Assembly: GCA_010356995.1 (NCBI GenBank)
Contig: ML996691.1
Coordinates: 564,174 to 628,173, forward strand
DNA from: Trichodelitschia bisporula
Taxonomy: Eukaryota
DNA: 64,000 nucleotides
Direction of reading: 5' to 3'
In this document: positions 50,801 through 64,000 of the stretch, piece after piece
Numbering within the stretch: the first letter of the stretch is position 1
Layout of the letters: each line of letters opens with the position of its first letter
Position numbers and translations under genes: made by a program
The notes under the pieces: model-generated
The model's database searches: none
Told to the model about the DNA's origin: nothing
The model's input: only the letters and a program-made list of their open reading frames with translations

Positions 50801-53800
50801 TTGTCCATGTCCTCACGCAGGCTGGCGAGGCCCTCCTTGAGGGTGTCGAGAATCTCGTAGGAGACCGACATGTCATTCGGCTTCTCAAGCATCTTAGCGA
50901 CATCCGTCTTGAGCCCGTCGATGCCTTCGTTCAGCGCATCAAGGACCTCGCTAGTGATGCGCATGAAGGGATCCGGATTGTCGATTTTCTTGTCCAGATG
51001 AGCGCGAAGGTCATCGAGTCCCAGACGGATCGTGTCAACCAGCTCGTCCGTGTCGCTCTTAGATGCAGCGCGGCCGATGGTAGTCGATATACCGGAACGA
51101 AGGGACTCAAACTCACGGCGCAAGGCATCGAGCGTGGCTTCGTTGATGGCGGTGCCGCTGGAGCCGTCGGCAGCCTCACGCACAGCCGCGATGGTCGAAC
51201 GCAGTGCTTCGAGGATCTGTTCCTTGTCTTCCGTCGGTGTACCGCGCACCATCGAGTTGCCAAGCGTGCTGTTCAGGCGCTCCAGCTCCGTCTGCATGCC
51301 GGACAGGCTTTCCTGTACGGCATGGAGTGACTCACGGGAGGCATCTGCCTGGGAGGTGACAAGGCGCTCGTGCAGAGACTCAAGCGCAGCCTGGAACGAC
51401 GCCATCAGATCTTCATCCTTGTCGTTTGTCATGGTAGTCGCAATGGCTTCGCGCAAATGCTCAATTTCGCCCTGGATGATGCTGAGATGCTGATTGGCAG
51501 CCTCGCCCTGTTCCTTGCCTAGCTGGCCGATCATGCTCTCGACAGTCTCGCGTACGGTATCGATCATGTCGTCCTTGTCATCGTCACTGGTGGAGCGGGC
51601 GAGGGTGGTGGCGAGAGTCTCCCGAAGGTGCTCAAGCTCCTCCTTGATCGACTGGTTGAAATCTTCCGCGTGGGGCGGCGCGATAAGGGATGATGAATTG
51701 AGCTTGCTCTGGAGATCTTCGAACCCAGACTGGACAGCACCGAGCATCTTCTCGAGGTCACCCGAGCCCGAGCCCGAGCCCGATGCCGGCACCATCTGGT
51801 TACCGAGCGAATCATGCAGGTGTTCAAACTCAGACTTGATGTAGCTGAGCAGCTCGGCTTTGTTGAGCGCATTCTCGCCCTGAGGGCCAGCAGCACAATA
51901 CACCTGGACATCATCCCGGAGCGCATCGAGGCCCTTGGTGATGGTATCCATGACTTCGTCCTGGCGAGAAACATCCTGAGCACGATCGAAGTAGGCCTCC
52001 ACCTCGCCACGCAGCGTTTCGAGGCCATCCTTCATGGCATCAAGCACCTGCTCTGTGTCGCGCCCGTTGGCAGTGGAGTAGTCCTTGAATTCGGCGCGCA
52101 TCTCCTGTACAAGCGCATGCAGTTGGTTGACCACCTGCTCACCGTACTGGCCGAGAGGCGAGCCAGACGACTCGAGAGCAGCCTTGATAGCATCGTAGAG
52201 CTCATCCCGGCTGATTTGAAGCTCCTTGGGCGCAGAGGGTCCAGTGCCGGATGAAGCCATTCCAGCGCGAACGGCATCGAGAACGACTTCGCGCGTGACG
52301 TCAAGCTCACGATCACGGTCTTTCTCAGAAGGAACCTTGGTCAGAGCCAGCGAAGGACGGAACTCATCGAGGCACTCGCGAACAGCAGTGAGCACTTCCT
52401 CGCGGAGCTCGCGGCCCTCGTCGATGGGCGGCGGGGGCTTAAAATCCTCCATGGCGGCATGGATAGCGTCCATCATCTCATCGCGGCTAATGGAAGGCGG
52501 AGCGTCAGCCTTGGTACGATATTCTTCCAGGCCCTCTTTGAGGCAGTGAAGGATCTCATCGCGCTCAAGACCAAACTGCTGCAGCTCAATGTTGGGCTTG
52601 TACTCCTCGTACGCTTCCTTGACAGCCTCGAGGATGGCTTCCTTGTCGAGGCCTTCAACGATAGGCGCAACGGACTGAGTAGGGGTGGGCGAATCGAAAT
52701 CGAGACCGCGCTCGGCAAGCGCATGCTTGACGACGTCGTAGACCTCGCGAGAGTCGACGGTGGTGCGGGAAGTGACGCTGCCACCGCTCTGGCGGCGCTT
52801 CTCACGCATGACAGTGTCGAGGTGCTCCTTCAATTCCGCCAGTCCCTCCTGGACAATCCGAGCAATATCTTGCTTGCCGCTACCATCCTCAATAGCACGC
52901 GCAGTACCCGCCGGCTTACGCGCCTCGTCAATCTTGCGAGCAAGCTCCTGTCCCATGTGCAGGATGTCGCCGCGAAGATCACGCTGGCTAGACTTGAGAT
53001 CGCCCATTATGCTGCCGGACGCGGTGACACCGTCACGAATCTTCTTCAGCAGCTTGATCATCTCATCAGAGACGAAATCGGCGGCCTTGGGCGATGAGTA
53101 CGGCTTCGCCGATTCGCCAGGCGACCCCTTGAGAGGCGAGAATTGCACATCGCGCGTCGTGCGGGTAAGCGGCCCGGCTTGGGTGGGAGTCGGTGATTCG
53201 GACTTTGAACGCTTCGTCGACGGGCTGGGCGTCTCTGGCACCGGAATGGACTGCTCTGGAGTAGCGACGGGAGTAGTCGTACGCGACTTGACGAGTGCGC
53301 CGTTACCGCCCTGCGTTTTGATGAAATCAAGCAGTTCAGCAACCTTTCGCGCCGTCTCAGAAGACTCCTGGCTCGCCTTGTCAAGCAGCCCGCTGAGCTG
53401 CACCAGCAGCCGCTCCTGCCCTTCCTTGGTGCTCATCTCACGCATGATCTTCTCAAGCATGGCGATGCCGGCGCTACCATCAAGACTGTAGTTGATCGGA
53501 CCTATAAAGTGCTGTGCCTCCACTGCTGGAGACGGCTGTACACCTGGGGAAGCGAAGGTCTTTGCGTGCGGCGGAGGCGTCACATGCGGATGGACGTGAT
53601 GATAAGGCTGGCGCGCAGGTCCGGCAGGAATGGGATGCGCCTGGTTCGCGGCATCGACGGCTGCGCGCCCGGCATTGATGCTTTCGAGCAACTGGCGAAG
53701 GGAGCGGCGAATGTCCTCGTCGCGCGAGTTGGTGGCTTCCTTGAGCGAGATGAGATCGGTCGCGTTGTCTTTGCTGCGGCGGGAAAGCTGAGCCATCTCA

Positions 53801-54744
53801 CGCTGCAGGTTGGTGCAGATGGTGGTAAGAGACAGGATCTGCGAGGAGATGGCGCCAATGGGCTCCGGAAAGTCGTCCATCCGGCGCCTCGCAGCCTTGC
53901 TTTCATTATTGTCACTGTCGCCAGTCTTGTTCTTGACACCGTTGACACGCTCGCTCAGGGGCTCATTGAAGTCTCGCACCGACATAGTCTGCAGAGCGAT
54001 CATGGTAGCCGAAGAGGGTGAGCTTTCACCCAGAATGGGACGCTGAGGAGGGCGAGAATTCGAGCGCGCCGACCGGTTGTCGCGCAAGATGTCACGAGGA
54101 TTAGGCGTAGGAGTAGTGGCCCGTGGGCTCTTCTCAGGGGAGCTGTTGAAGATGTCGCGGTCACGCTCCAGTTGATCCCTATCACGCGAACGGTCGCGAG
54201 CAAAGAGACCAGGCGGCGGCTGCACCGCATGAGCATGGCTCGACTGAATGTTTCGCATCGACGAGCCGGGGCGCTCGGGACTACGGTCTGGGCTCCGGGT
54301 CGCGTTCGCCGGATCGAGAGAATAGCGCAAGTCGCGTACTGAGGGCGTCTGAAGGCTCTGCAGACGACGGTGCGCAGCCGACTTTGAAGGCGACGGGTTC
54401 GACACGTATGGCGCCGGCGACGTCGCTTCACGCGCCTTGTTCTCCAGTGCTGCCTGCATCGCTGCGATAGGACCAGAGACGCCGGCACGAGGCACAGAGG
54501 GCGACCCTGGGTTCATGGGGAGCGGGGGCGGTGCCCGGTCGGGGTCTGAGGAATCCCACCTGGAGCTCAGTTAGTCTTTGTGCAATGAGGCAGAGGCTGC
54601 AGCGTCGCAGAAGATGGTGATTATGTCGAAGACACGCGAGAAAGAGGCCCAAAGAACATACATTGGAATGGAGCGAATGTGCTCAGCCGAAACCTTTGAA
54701 GTAAGAATATCCCTATCGCGGGATCGATCTCTCTCAAATGACAT
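47803..54744 (-). CDS. Very large (~2280 aa) coiled-coil protein of uncharacterised function
   Basis: Exon 1 54744-54662, intron 54661-54560 (GTATGT...CTAAC...CAG), exon 2 54559-47803. Splicing creates IPMWDSSDPDRAPPPLPMNP. Long acidic heptad-like repeats follow. Confidence 0.85.
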
Positions 54745-56328
54745 TTCGGTCAGGGCGGGATCAGTAAGTGGAGGACTGCAACGCGTTCAGAGCGGATGCG
54801 TGAGTCGCTAGTTGGTTGAAAGTTGAGGGAGGAGAGAAGTTTCGCACGATAGTGAGAAGGCGGATGTTGTTGGGGGTTTAGGTGTGAGGCATGCTTCGGG
54901 TGCGGTGGTTTGTGTGCTTTCGATGCCAGGGCAAGAAGGTTCCGGTCGCGCCTGCTCGCAGGCAGCACACTCGGGTTCTTGGGTTGTTTGCTATTCACCG
55001 CAAGCAGTGTGAGCTGGAAGCGTCTATTGTACGCGTTTCGTTGTGTTTGGCAGTAGCAGCGGAGGTTGGAAGTCTTCTGCACTTCAATTCACCAACAGAT
55101 TCCAGATAGGGGGTAGAGGTGTGTGAGATGAAGAGGAGAGAAGACTGGAATGCTGTGCGATATGTCTGTTCAAGGTGGGGTATATGGTGGTTTGCGGTTG
55201 GTGATGATGGCTGTGTCTGGGGGGGGGGGGTGGAAGAGACGAGACGGGAAGCTTTGAAGGGTCGCGAGGGACAAGAGCAGAAGTCTGTTTACTCGCGAAC
55301 GCACAGACCATCCGTAAACAAACGACAAGCTGTCCCTCCCGCGTGGCTTCTCACGTGATGGGACCAGCTTCTAGCGCGAGCAAAAGTGCATTTGAAGTCG
55401 ACGCTGCAATTCGTCCACGTCTCCATCTACGGATTACTTACGGTACATTGGCTCAACCTCCTTCTCGTCCTGCATTTCTCGCTGCTTCTAACCTGCACCA
55501 GCTGCTGCACTGCTCAACGCATCTCTAACCAACCGTCCGTTTGTTTCTGCTCGCCCGTTGGCATAAAACGCGCTGGTTGCTATGCAGCGCTCTCTACGTC
55601 CGAGACATGCACCGAAGCACGTCGTGTTTCCCTGCGGGTGAGTGGTCTGCCGCGGGGAGTTGCTCCGGGCAGCGGCAAGCAAGCGGAGCGGCGCACAACG
55701 AAACGTAGCAAAGCGCAGCGTGATACTCTTACGACGCATTAATTAGCGACCTATGATCCAACGGCCTATAAGCTGTACTGCTATTCGAGGTGTCGCCTAA
55801 CTACGGTACTCCGCGGCAACGGCTCCTGCGACACCAGACTCGACCTTCCGTCGAGGGTTGCCGCACTCCCGCCCGACCCGAGTTTGCGTGCCCGGAACCT
55901 GTGCCTGGGTGCTGGAGCCAGCCTCGTCCGACTGCCAACGCTGGTCCTCATGCACCCAGGGCGATTGGCGCGCGGGTTGCTATCGATTTGCTTGCCCGCG
56001 AGGCCGGCTACGGTATCCGGTGCGTTGGGCGATCTAGCGGCCTCTGGTGCGAGGCTGGCGGCATGCAGGGGGCTCCGTGGTTTGGATTTTTTAGTGTCCG
56101 TTGTGTCTGTTGTGCCGTCATTGGCTTTTGGGAGCTTGGGGCCGGTTTTTCGCTTTAGAGGTTGCGGAGAGTGAGGATGTATCGCCGTCAGCTTTTAAAC
56201 GTGCTGTTTTGATATGTGATGCATCGTCGTCCCCTTGCTGCGTGTTCCACCAGCACCGCATAGCCGAGTAACGGCGAACTGCTTTTTTCAACCTGTACCT
56301 TCGCGTGCTCCATTTCTTCTCCACCGTT

Positions 56329-56419
56329 TGTAAATTCAAGGAAGCATCCCTCCGGCCTTCCCGCTCAGTTGCTTTTCCCCCATTATGCAAATCCAAGGAA
56401 CCATCCCTCCGCCCATCCC
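56329..56419. repeat. 34-nt imperfect direct repeat with 57-nt period
   Basis: TGTAAATTCAAGGAAGCATCCCTCCGGCCTTCCC (56329-56362) versus TGCAAATCCAAGGAACCATCCCTCCGCCCATCCC (56386-56419). Confidence 0.85.
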
Positions 56420-57046
56420 AATATCCCCCCGCTTTGAAAAACTCCCCCACAATAATCCAGTCGATCAACCTCCAGGATCTACCGCCAGCCTGCAGCAGCC
56501 GCTCGTCAAGCCTATCCCCAAGCCTATCCAGCCGCATAAGTGCCGCGCCTGCCCCACACTAACTTTTGGAGGCGGTGTGTTGGCTCCGTACGGTAGAGAG
56601 ACGTAAACAACCCCTACGTCACTGGCGGGTTTGGTGTTGCGGCCTGTGCGCCTGGCGCCGTTGGCCGGGGAGCCGTGCCAAGACTGGGGTCGGACGACGG
56701 GCGAGGCTTTTGCTGTGCTGTACTACGATACGGTACGTAAATAGTACGTTGACTGCAGCATGAGACCCTTGTGCAGAGCATCCATTCAAACTTCCTGCAG
56801 AGAAGCATGTCAAGGCCCTGAGACTGCATATGTTGTATAGTCGGCTCGTGAACCCCCGATGCAGAGAAGGCATTCCGAAGCCGCCTCATCCGCGTGGTTG
56901 CCGTCCACAAGGCTGAACACATCTCAAAACACCAAAAACAGCATCAAACCAGCACCTCGTGCATTCAGATATCTACCCCATGCTTTTAAACTCCCCATCC
57001 TTTAACATCTACTTCCTCACCATTCAAACTCCCCACCCATTCCCAT

Positions 57047-58982
57047 TTACTTCCCCACCCCCCAAACCCTAACCGCCGCATCCCCTCCCGCACTAACCAC
57101 TCTCCCCGAGTCCAACCACCCCACCCCATTCACCCCCTCCTTATGCGCCTGCCCCGCCTTAACCCTCTTCGCCGGCTCCTTAACACTCCACACAAACACA
57201 TTCGTATCCAGCGCCCCAGACACACACCTCTCTTCCCCCTCCCACGCCAGCGCCGTAACCCGGCCCGTATGCGCGCCCCACCGGTCTGTCGCCACACTCC
57301 AATCCGCCGTGCGATACACCAAGATCTTCCCGTTCGCCACGCCGGCCGCCAAATACCCGCCCTGCGGCGAGAATGCCAGCGCCGAGATCGCACCCGTCGC
57401 AGACCGCGGCGCCGCTTCCGTAAGCACCGGCTTCCCGCTGGCGAGGCTGTAGATGCGCACTTTCTTATCTGCGCTCCCGACCGCAAGGATATCTTCATGC
57501 ACCGAAATCGCCGTACCATCGCCGGGAACATCCACTTTCCCTTCCACCTTGTCCCCCTGGACAATAACAATCGTTTGCGCAGTCAAGACATACACGCGTC
57601 CTCCGGCCGCAGCCACACCCTTCGGCTGCGCACCGATCTTGACACCCTCACCCACAAACTTGCCGCCCTCAATCCGGCGCAGCGTGTCGTCCCACCCGAC
57701 ACTCACAACCCCGCCATCCACCCCCGCGAAGCCGGAGACATAATTCGAGTGTCCCGTACCCTCCACACGGCGCGCCACGCCCTCCGCATCCCACACGCGC
57801 ACTGCGCCCGCGTAGCTCCCCGTCCACACCTTTCCATCATGCACCAGCGCCGCCGTGATGCTCTTCTGGTGGCCGTCGACCACGCGGGCAGGGGAATCAG
57901 AGTCGGGGTACAGGTAGTTGAGGCGTCCGTCGAGATCGATAGAGATGACGAGCCCATCGTTGCGTCCCCCTGGCCACGTGAGGCCAACCTGCTGCTCTGA
58001 GATAGGAATCTTGTCGCCCTGTGGCGCAAGCCGCCACGTATGCGTATTCGTCCCCGCATCCGCGTCCCACACACGCACCGTGCCATCCGCGCTCGAAGTC
58101 GCAAAGCGCCTAGAATCCGGCGCCCAGGACACAGCGAAGATACTACCGCCATGCACGCCCTCACCAATCTGCTTCGCGGGCTCGCCCGTCTTCCCATCAT
58201 ACAGCCAAATCTTGCGATCCGCGCCCACGGTCACAAGATGCGTTCCATCGGGGCTAAACGCTGTGCCCAGCACAAAGCGCTCATGCTGTCCGCGCATACT
58301 CGTTTGGAACTTAAACGGTGCGCCGTGGTAAAACACGGTACTCGCATCGTCGCTGCCCGTCGCCGCGCGCAGGGGCCGCTGCTGGCGAATCGAGACGGCG
58401 TTGATGGGGCCAGAGTGGCCTGCGACTTCGCCGACGCTGTTGCCTGTGTCCCAGCTAAACGCATGGCCCATACGCTCACGTCCCGACCCTACGGCTATGA
58501 TCCGCTGGTTATCGGCATCCCAGGCGAGGTCATTGATCCGGCCCGCTAGAATCGCGTATTCCCCCTTTGTCGTGCCATCGGAGCTGGTTGACCAGACGCG
58601 GACTTGGCCGCTGGCATCGGCGGAGGCGATCCAGAAGCCAGAGGGGGAGAAGCGGGCGACGGTTGTGGGCGCTGTGTGCAGCGTGTAGGCGGTGCTGGTG
58701 TTGGGGGAGGGGATCGAGCGTGTGAAGATGGATTTGCCAGACTAGTTTGCAGGTTAGTGGAGACATAAGAGACATTTTGGGGTGAGGGTAGGAGGGCTTT
58801 ATGGAAGGAGAGGGAGAGTCGTAGGCGTACCGCGTAGGCTATCCGCTCGCCTTTAGAGTCAGAGGAAAGGGGAGTAGGTTGGCCGCGAGTGGTGGAGGGG
58901 AGGGCGGCCCAGATGGCTTCTACGAAAATGTTAGCTTATGTAAGGCATGTAGAAGACGTAGCTAACCTGAGGCAATCGACAT
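57047..58982 (-). CDS. AIP1: Actin-interacting protein 1 (WD40 repeat, WDR1)
   Basis: Exons 58982-58967, 58919-58831, 58741-57047. Motifs PSTTRGQPTPLSSD, ARFSPSGFWIASAD, DTGNSVGEVAGHS, IRQQRPLRAATGSDD, YHGAPFKF. Confidence 0.93.
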
Positions 58983-59579
58983 AGTGGTACCGTTTCTGTG
59001 TTGTTTGGCAGTTATGGAGTGGTCCGCGGGGTCGGCGATGTCGTTGCTCTTGACCCTTGCGGGGGTGGCGGATGGCTTACGGTAGCTTCGTGTGGCTGCC
59101 TAAGTGCCAAGATTGACCTGCGTACAGCTGGGAGATTCGTGAGGTCAGGAAAAGGGGTAAGCAGGAAACATCAGATATCAGATTCAAACATGACAGTCAC
59201 GTACTAGCCAGAGGGAGTGGTTTATGAGGCTTCATATCTTAGATTGCTTCTAGAGACGTAGCACCCTTGCTAACCAGCTTACCAAATGCTCGCCAGTCAG
59301 CCTCCGCATCTCAATCCCCAGTACAGCCCCGAAATAATAGCCGCATTAAGCAGATTGATACGTCGTGGAGGAGCTATTGTGATATTAGATAACCACCAGC
59401 AACCTACCCATTGCGCCGTCCCATGCCGTGAAACACCCACAAGCCCGCAATGCTGGTCCATCAAACGCCGAAAACAAGCATATCGTCCATCGAGCTAGGA
59501 ACGCCTGCACGTATTGAAACCCCCTCCACCGCAAAATCAGCTTCGAATGCCAAGTTGAAATAGGTGCCCCGAGGAATGC

Positions 59580-62500
59580 TTAGACCGAGGGGTCCATCGC
59601 GTCGGGGTTGTCATCGTTCTCCTCCAGTTGAGCCTCCGTAGGCTTCGCGTCAAGGGTAACGTTGGCCCCATCACCCACTTTGTCAGCCGCTCCCGGGTCT
59701 TTCGTGCTGGTGGAGCCAGCGACATCGATGTTGGAAGCGTCAGCGTTGCTGGAAACAGAACTGCTGTCCGCTGTGCCGGCACGCAGCTTGACTTGCATCA
59801 GCGAGGCGAGGTTGAACAGTTTTTGCAACGCCATGAAGTCTTCTGGAGGCAGCTCCAAGAGAGGCTTCGGGTCGCAAGACTGCACATATTAGCCAGCGTA
59901 TAGCAGGAAGAGGCACATAAACATACCGCTGCGGCCTTCAGGAGGATTTCTATGTTGGCAGCATCCAGTGAGGGGAGAACGGAGGGATCCTTTTGCTTCG
60001 CAAATTCAGTCAAGGCCAGCGCCCCGTCAAGAGAATCCTTGGGAAGGGTAGCAAGTTTTGACATGGCTTCCTGCTCCTTGTGCACGTAGCACGTCCGGAA
60101 CTTTTGAATATAGGCTTCCGTATTTAAGCGAGCTTCTTCGTCGGCCTTCCGGGCGACCAGGGTTTGAACCTTCTCTGCAATATTCTGCGGGAGGAGGCCG
60201 AGAGCTTCCTCGTAGCTCTGAACTCTCTCAAACGGGTGACCAAGCTGGCGGCTGACCAGACATCAGCAAAATATATCAGAGAGAAAGTAGGAAGACATAC
60301 CGCTGAAGCTTTCCCATGAAATCCGCAACTATTGCACGCTCCTTGACCACGTAGATGGTGTTATCAGCATCGCGCTCCGGCTCGAAAGACTCCGTGTCGC
60401 CCTCGTCATCGCTCTCAACCTCCACACGAACGTGACCGTTATGCTTCACTCCACGTTGCAGAGCTGGATGCACCTCCTTTGGGTTCCGGTATTTGCGTAT
60501 CTTGTGCCCACGTTTAGTGTGCGGATCGAGCTTGACGGACGAGTTCATGTACAGCCGCATATCTTTGGACACGTGGCGAGGGCAACGGAAGAACTGCCGC
60601 TTCAGGACCACCCCACGCTTGCCGGCTTCATGCGTCTCAATGATCTGAGGCCGACCGGCCATAGGCGGATCGAGACAGTCAGTATGCCAAAACGATTTAC
60701 AATCGTCGCATTGAATGATGTCACGACCCCCCATGGCCGTGCCTGCGCAGTTTACACACATGACTGAGGCTTCCTTGAGCACTTTGCTCGCATCCACGAT
60801 GTCGGGGTGGGCAGGATTGCGATCCTTGCTACGCAGTGTTAGGGAAGCACAATATTGTAGAGAAAAGACTTACACAGTGATCAGGGGCTCGGAAGTATCC
60901 AGGTAGTTGCCATCTGCATCTTCATTAACACTCTGATACGTCTCCTTGATCTCTTTAGGCAGCGCAAAGATGCGGGGAGCATGGTCAGACACCCGTGCCA
61001 GCAAAGGACCAAAGATGCCCGTCGTATTGGTTTCCGTTTTGACGTAACGGCGCTCGAATTGGCAATCAAAACAATAAAAGGTCCAATATGGGTCGTCGAT
61101 TTGGGCCTCCGTAACAGGAGGGTCGAAACATTCAGGATGATAGACCTTGGGACAGGTGCCGCAGCAAACGAGTTGTCCGCCAGTTCCGCATGCGTGACAC
61201 TCGTCTCGATGTTGATCCTCGTCAAGGCCCCAGATGGCCGCTGGTGTGTTCCGCGAGCTGCTATTGAGTTCGGTTTGACGGGCGGGTTTAACAGGAGAGG
61301 TCTTCGTGCGCGGGCCGGCAGCGCGCCGACGCGGTCTGCCATCTCCGGTTGGAGTGCCAGGACGCATGGCAGGAGCGCTAGCAACGACGTCGGCAGAAGC
61401 TGCGCTGCGAGTGGACTTCATCGAACGCAAAAGCTCGTTATCGCGAGGCGTTGACCGAGGAGGAGAGCGCACGAAACTTTCCTTGACAACGAGGGAAGCA
61501 TGGTTGAACTTGGTTTGATCAAGGGACTGGCGAACGCGCTTCGCATCGTCCTCACGATCTGAGAGTTCAGCGTCGGTAGCTGTTCGACGGACAGGTAGCT
61601 TGGCCTTCGACTTGGACTTCTTGGAATGCGACCTTTTGTCCTCACCTGAGATGGCATTCCTGCCAGAAGAGCGAGTAGGAGTTCCCCCATTGATTATATC
61701 ATAGTCAACATCACTAAGGGATGAAGAACTGTCATCGTCAGGGGGTAGCTCAGTCTGGCGAGGCTTTGAAGCGTTGTCGCGGGAAGATGTGTCCGGTCGA
61801 ACAGCAATGGATTCGTCCTCGTCGACAGACTTGTTGCGCTGTTGCGCACGAGTGCTCGCCGTCTTACTGTGCGAATATTCCACGCGGTCTCGCGATTGCC
61901 GGTGCGCGGAAGAATAATGATTTGGCGATGATGCGGGTTTTGAGGAATTGTAAAGGGGAGGTTTGCCAGTGCTGGTGTGACCGGAGCCGGAACCGGAGTT
62001 CCGAGTATTGGTGTAGGCATTGTGCTGTGCAGGCGAGGACTTGCCAGAGGCCCTCTTGGCGGCGGTCTCCTCCGCTTTAATTTCCTTCTTGACGCGACGA
62101 ATATGGCGCTGGAACTCAGTAGTAAGTTCCTCAGTGGCAGTTTGCAGGAGAATGGCGTTGAGGAGATCGTAAATCTTGGGGTCGGTTTGGCTCTCAATGT
62201 AGAGGCGCTGCACGGCTTGCCCTAGGTTGGGTTGCCCCTCCCGGTGCGAGCGCTCCACAGCGGCGTTGATAATTTCTTCGAGGCCGCCGCGGCGCGAAGA
62301 GGGGCGCACAGAAACAGAGACAGTTTTGTTCTGTGCAGGAGTTCCACGTACAGAAGATGTCCGACGTGAGTGCGTTGATGACATGGTGACTCCGTTGCGG
62401 GTGGGGTATTTGGAAGGCTTGGTGGCCGATCCGTGGCCGTTGGGCGTGTACTCCTCATCGTCATCATCATCAAGTCGGCCACGGATCATAGGCAGTGGCT

Positions 62501-62885
62501 CCCGCCCCATTTCTACCTCAGGCTCAGTGATCTTGGGAGATTGACCGGTGCTGGTATCAGCTTCAACAGGCGGCGTCATGTCGGTGTCATCGCCCGAAGG
62601 CGCAGCAACGTGCGGCACCCCGTTCTTCTTCCCGCGCGCAGCACTGCTCATCTTAATCTTTAATTTTTGAGGCGGGGGCGCACCCAGCGGCGCCATCGTA
62701 GCAAGCACCCCGCCACGCTCAAGACCGTTGTCTTCAAACGACGGAACGGGTGTGCGAGGTTGAGGTTCGATCCACGCGTCCAGGTTGGTCTGTCGATGCT
62801 CCCGCCGCGGAGGTGGATCCCCGTTGCCCGGCGCCGGAGATGCATTTGCCGCGTAGCTCTTGCGCGTTTGACGTACAGCCGGCAT
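59580..62885 (-). CDS. Double PHD finger protein, Rco1/Cph2-like (putative Rpd3S subunit)
   Basis: Introns 60873-60829, 60300-60252, 59926-59880. PHD1 CHAC...CCGTC...HPEC...CFDC; PHD2 CVNC...CDDC...WHTDCLDPP...CPRH; linker PRIFALPKEI. Confidence 0.85.
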
Positions 62886-63805
62886 TATGGCAAGAAGATT
62901 TTGCGGCACACCGTAGAGCGGATGACGGGGCGCACAACTTCACGCTCCTGAGGGTGTGTTAGCGAGAAAGTTGCAGCAAAGGAGAAGGAAATAACGCGAA
63001 AGCGTAGGGGATCTTACGCTGCTACCAGCTTGGAAAACAAGACCTCCTTCTCTTATACAAGCGAAAGTCGAAATGCCGACGTTGAGGTGTTGTGGCGCGT
63101 GTTCACTCGCGTTTGACGGGTTGGGTTGAAGGGTTGGGGAGACGGGAAAGCTGCAAAGCGACGCTGAAGCGGCAAATACTCGGCCGTCCGCCGTTCGCTC
63201 CGGCCGGCACCCCTGACGGTCAAAGTCGGTCACCACCCGCGCAATACCAGCAAAATAATTATCCCGAGAGACAAAAATAAATGCTGCCTACAGTCCGGAG
63301 ATGCATGAGCAACAGTTTACTGCAAAAATGGAGTGGATAGCTCTTGCTTTCGTGCTTGCCGGCCCGGATGTGCCGGTCCCTTCCCCTCCCCCCATTCCTT
63401 CAACACCCAAGGCACCACCCTTTCAACCATTCCCCCTCCCTCAATTTCACTTCAACATTCACTGGAATCCTCCTTCACAGCGCGAACCCTGGTGATCAAT
63501 CGAGGCAGAACATGGTTTTCATGCTAGCATAAATCGAGAAGAGAAATATAAGGCTGCCGGCTTATCCATACGTGATCCCGTTCCCACTGCCCAGCCAAAG
63601 CCCAACCGGCACCGGCTGTGGAACGACGCATGCAAAAATTGCCCCTCAACCTCCATTCTTCCATCAACCCGGCAGCCCCGCCGTAACGCGCTCCCCACGA
63701 ACGCGACCAACCGGCCCCGAATGCTGCACCATCACGGCACAGATACGAGGACCGGTTCGGCGAACACTTCTGCTCCGAGTCTCTGCCAGCGCAGAAAACT
63801 CACGT

Positions 63806-64000
63806 CTATTCGTCGCTCTCCTCCTCCTCCGTAGTCTCAGCAGCCTTCTTCGCCGGCTTCTTCTTCTTCTTCTTGTTTTTTGAAGCCGACTTAGTAGACG
63901 TTTTGGCCAGCGGAAGCTCAAGGATCTTGAGAACATCCTCATCTGTGATCTTCTTGTCGCTCTTAACCTTCTCGAGGTCGAGAGTCGGCGGCCCGGCAAG
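63806..64000 (-). CDS. cdb4: C-terminus of curved-DNA-binding protein / PA2G4 (Ebp1) homolog (gene starts beyond the window)
   Basis: Frame absent from the ORF track: LAGPPTLDLEKVKSDKKITDEDVLKILELPL...KNKKKKKKPAKK...EEESDE, TAG at 63808-63806. Matches the Lys-rich Ebp1-type tail. Confidence 0.75.
   Translation of the reverse strand, partial: LAGPPTLDLEKVKSDKKITDEDVLKILELPLAKTSTKSASKNKKKKKKPAKKAAETTEEEESDE

Noticed and set aside
49504..51330. 608-aa antisense ORF, and similar shadow ORFs over RQC2, AIP1 and ATG26
   Set aside because: Mirror frames of GC3-rich coding sequence with no recognisable domains.

Overview
Gene-dense eukaryotic chromosomal DNA from a filamentous ascomycete (Pezizomycotina; species not determinable from sequence). 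Evidence: short GT-AG introns with CTRAY branch points and conserved fungal housekeeping genes. I count 19 protein-coding genes, in order: POL5 (3' end), CDC25/MIH1, SLD5, a dienelactone hydrolase, RFA1, allantoicase, a CorA/MNR2-like Mg2+ transporter, a DHX29/57-like helicase, coatomer zeta, RQC2/NEMF, RPA135, ARL8, PEP4, ATG26, a hypothetical protein, a ~2280-aa coiled-coil protein, AIP1, a double-PHD Rco1-like protein and the 3' end of a PA2G4/Cdb4 homolog. I saw no tRNA, rRNA, transposon or CRISPR. Best leads: (1) a densely base-paired ~330-430 nt candidate ncRNA between ARL8 and PEP4 with partial RNase P/MRP-like motifs but no recognisable CR-V; (2) the co-oriented vacuole/autophagy trio ARL8-PEP4-ATG26 sharing TCTCACGT upstream; (3) a GMN-to-GSN change in the CorA signature; (4) a 5-kb gene-free region with two uORFs before CDC25; (5) splicing oddities (GC-AG intron, 6-nt microexon). 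All gene models, family assignments and helices were made by eye and from memory, not by computation.
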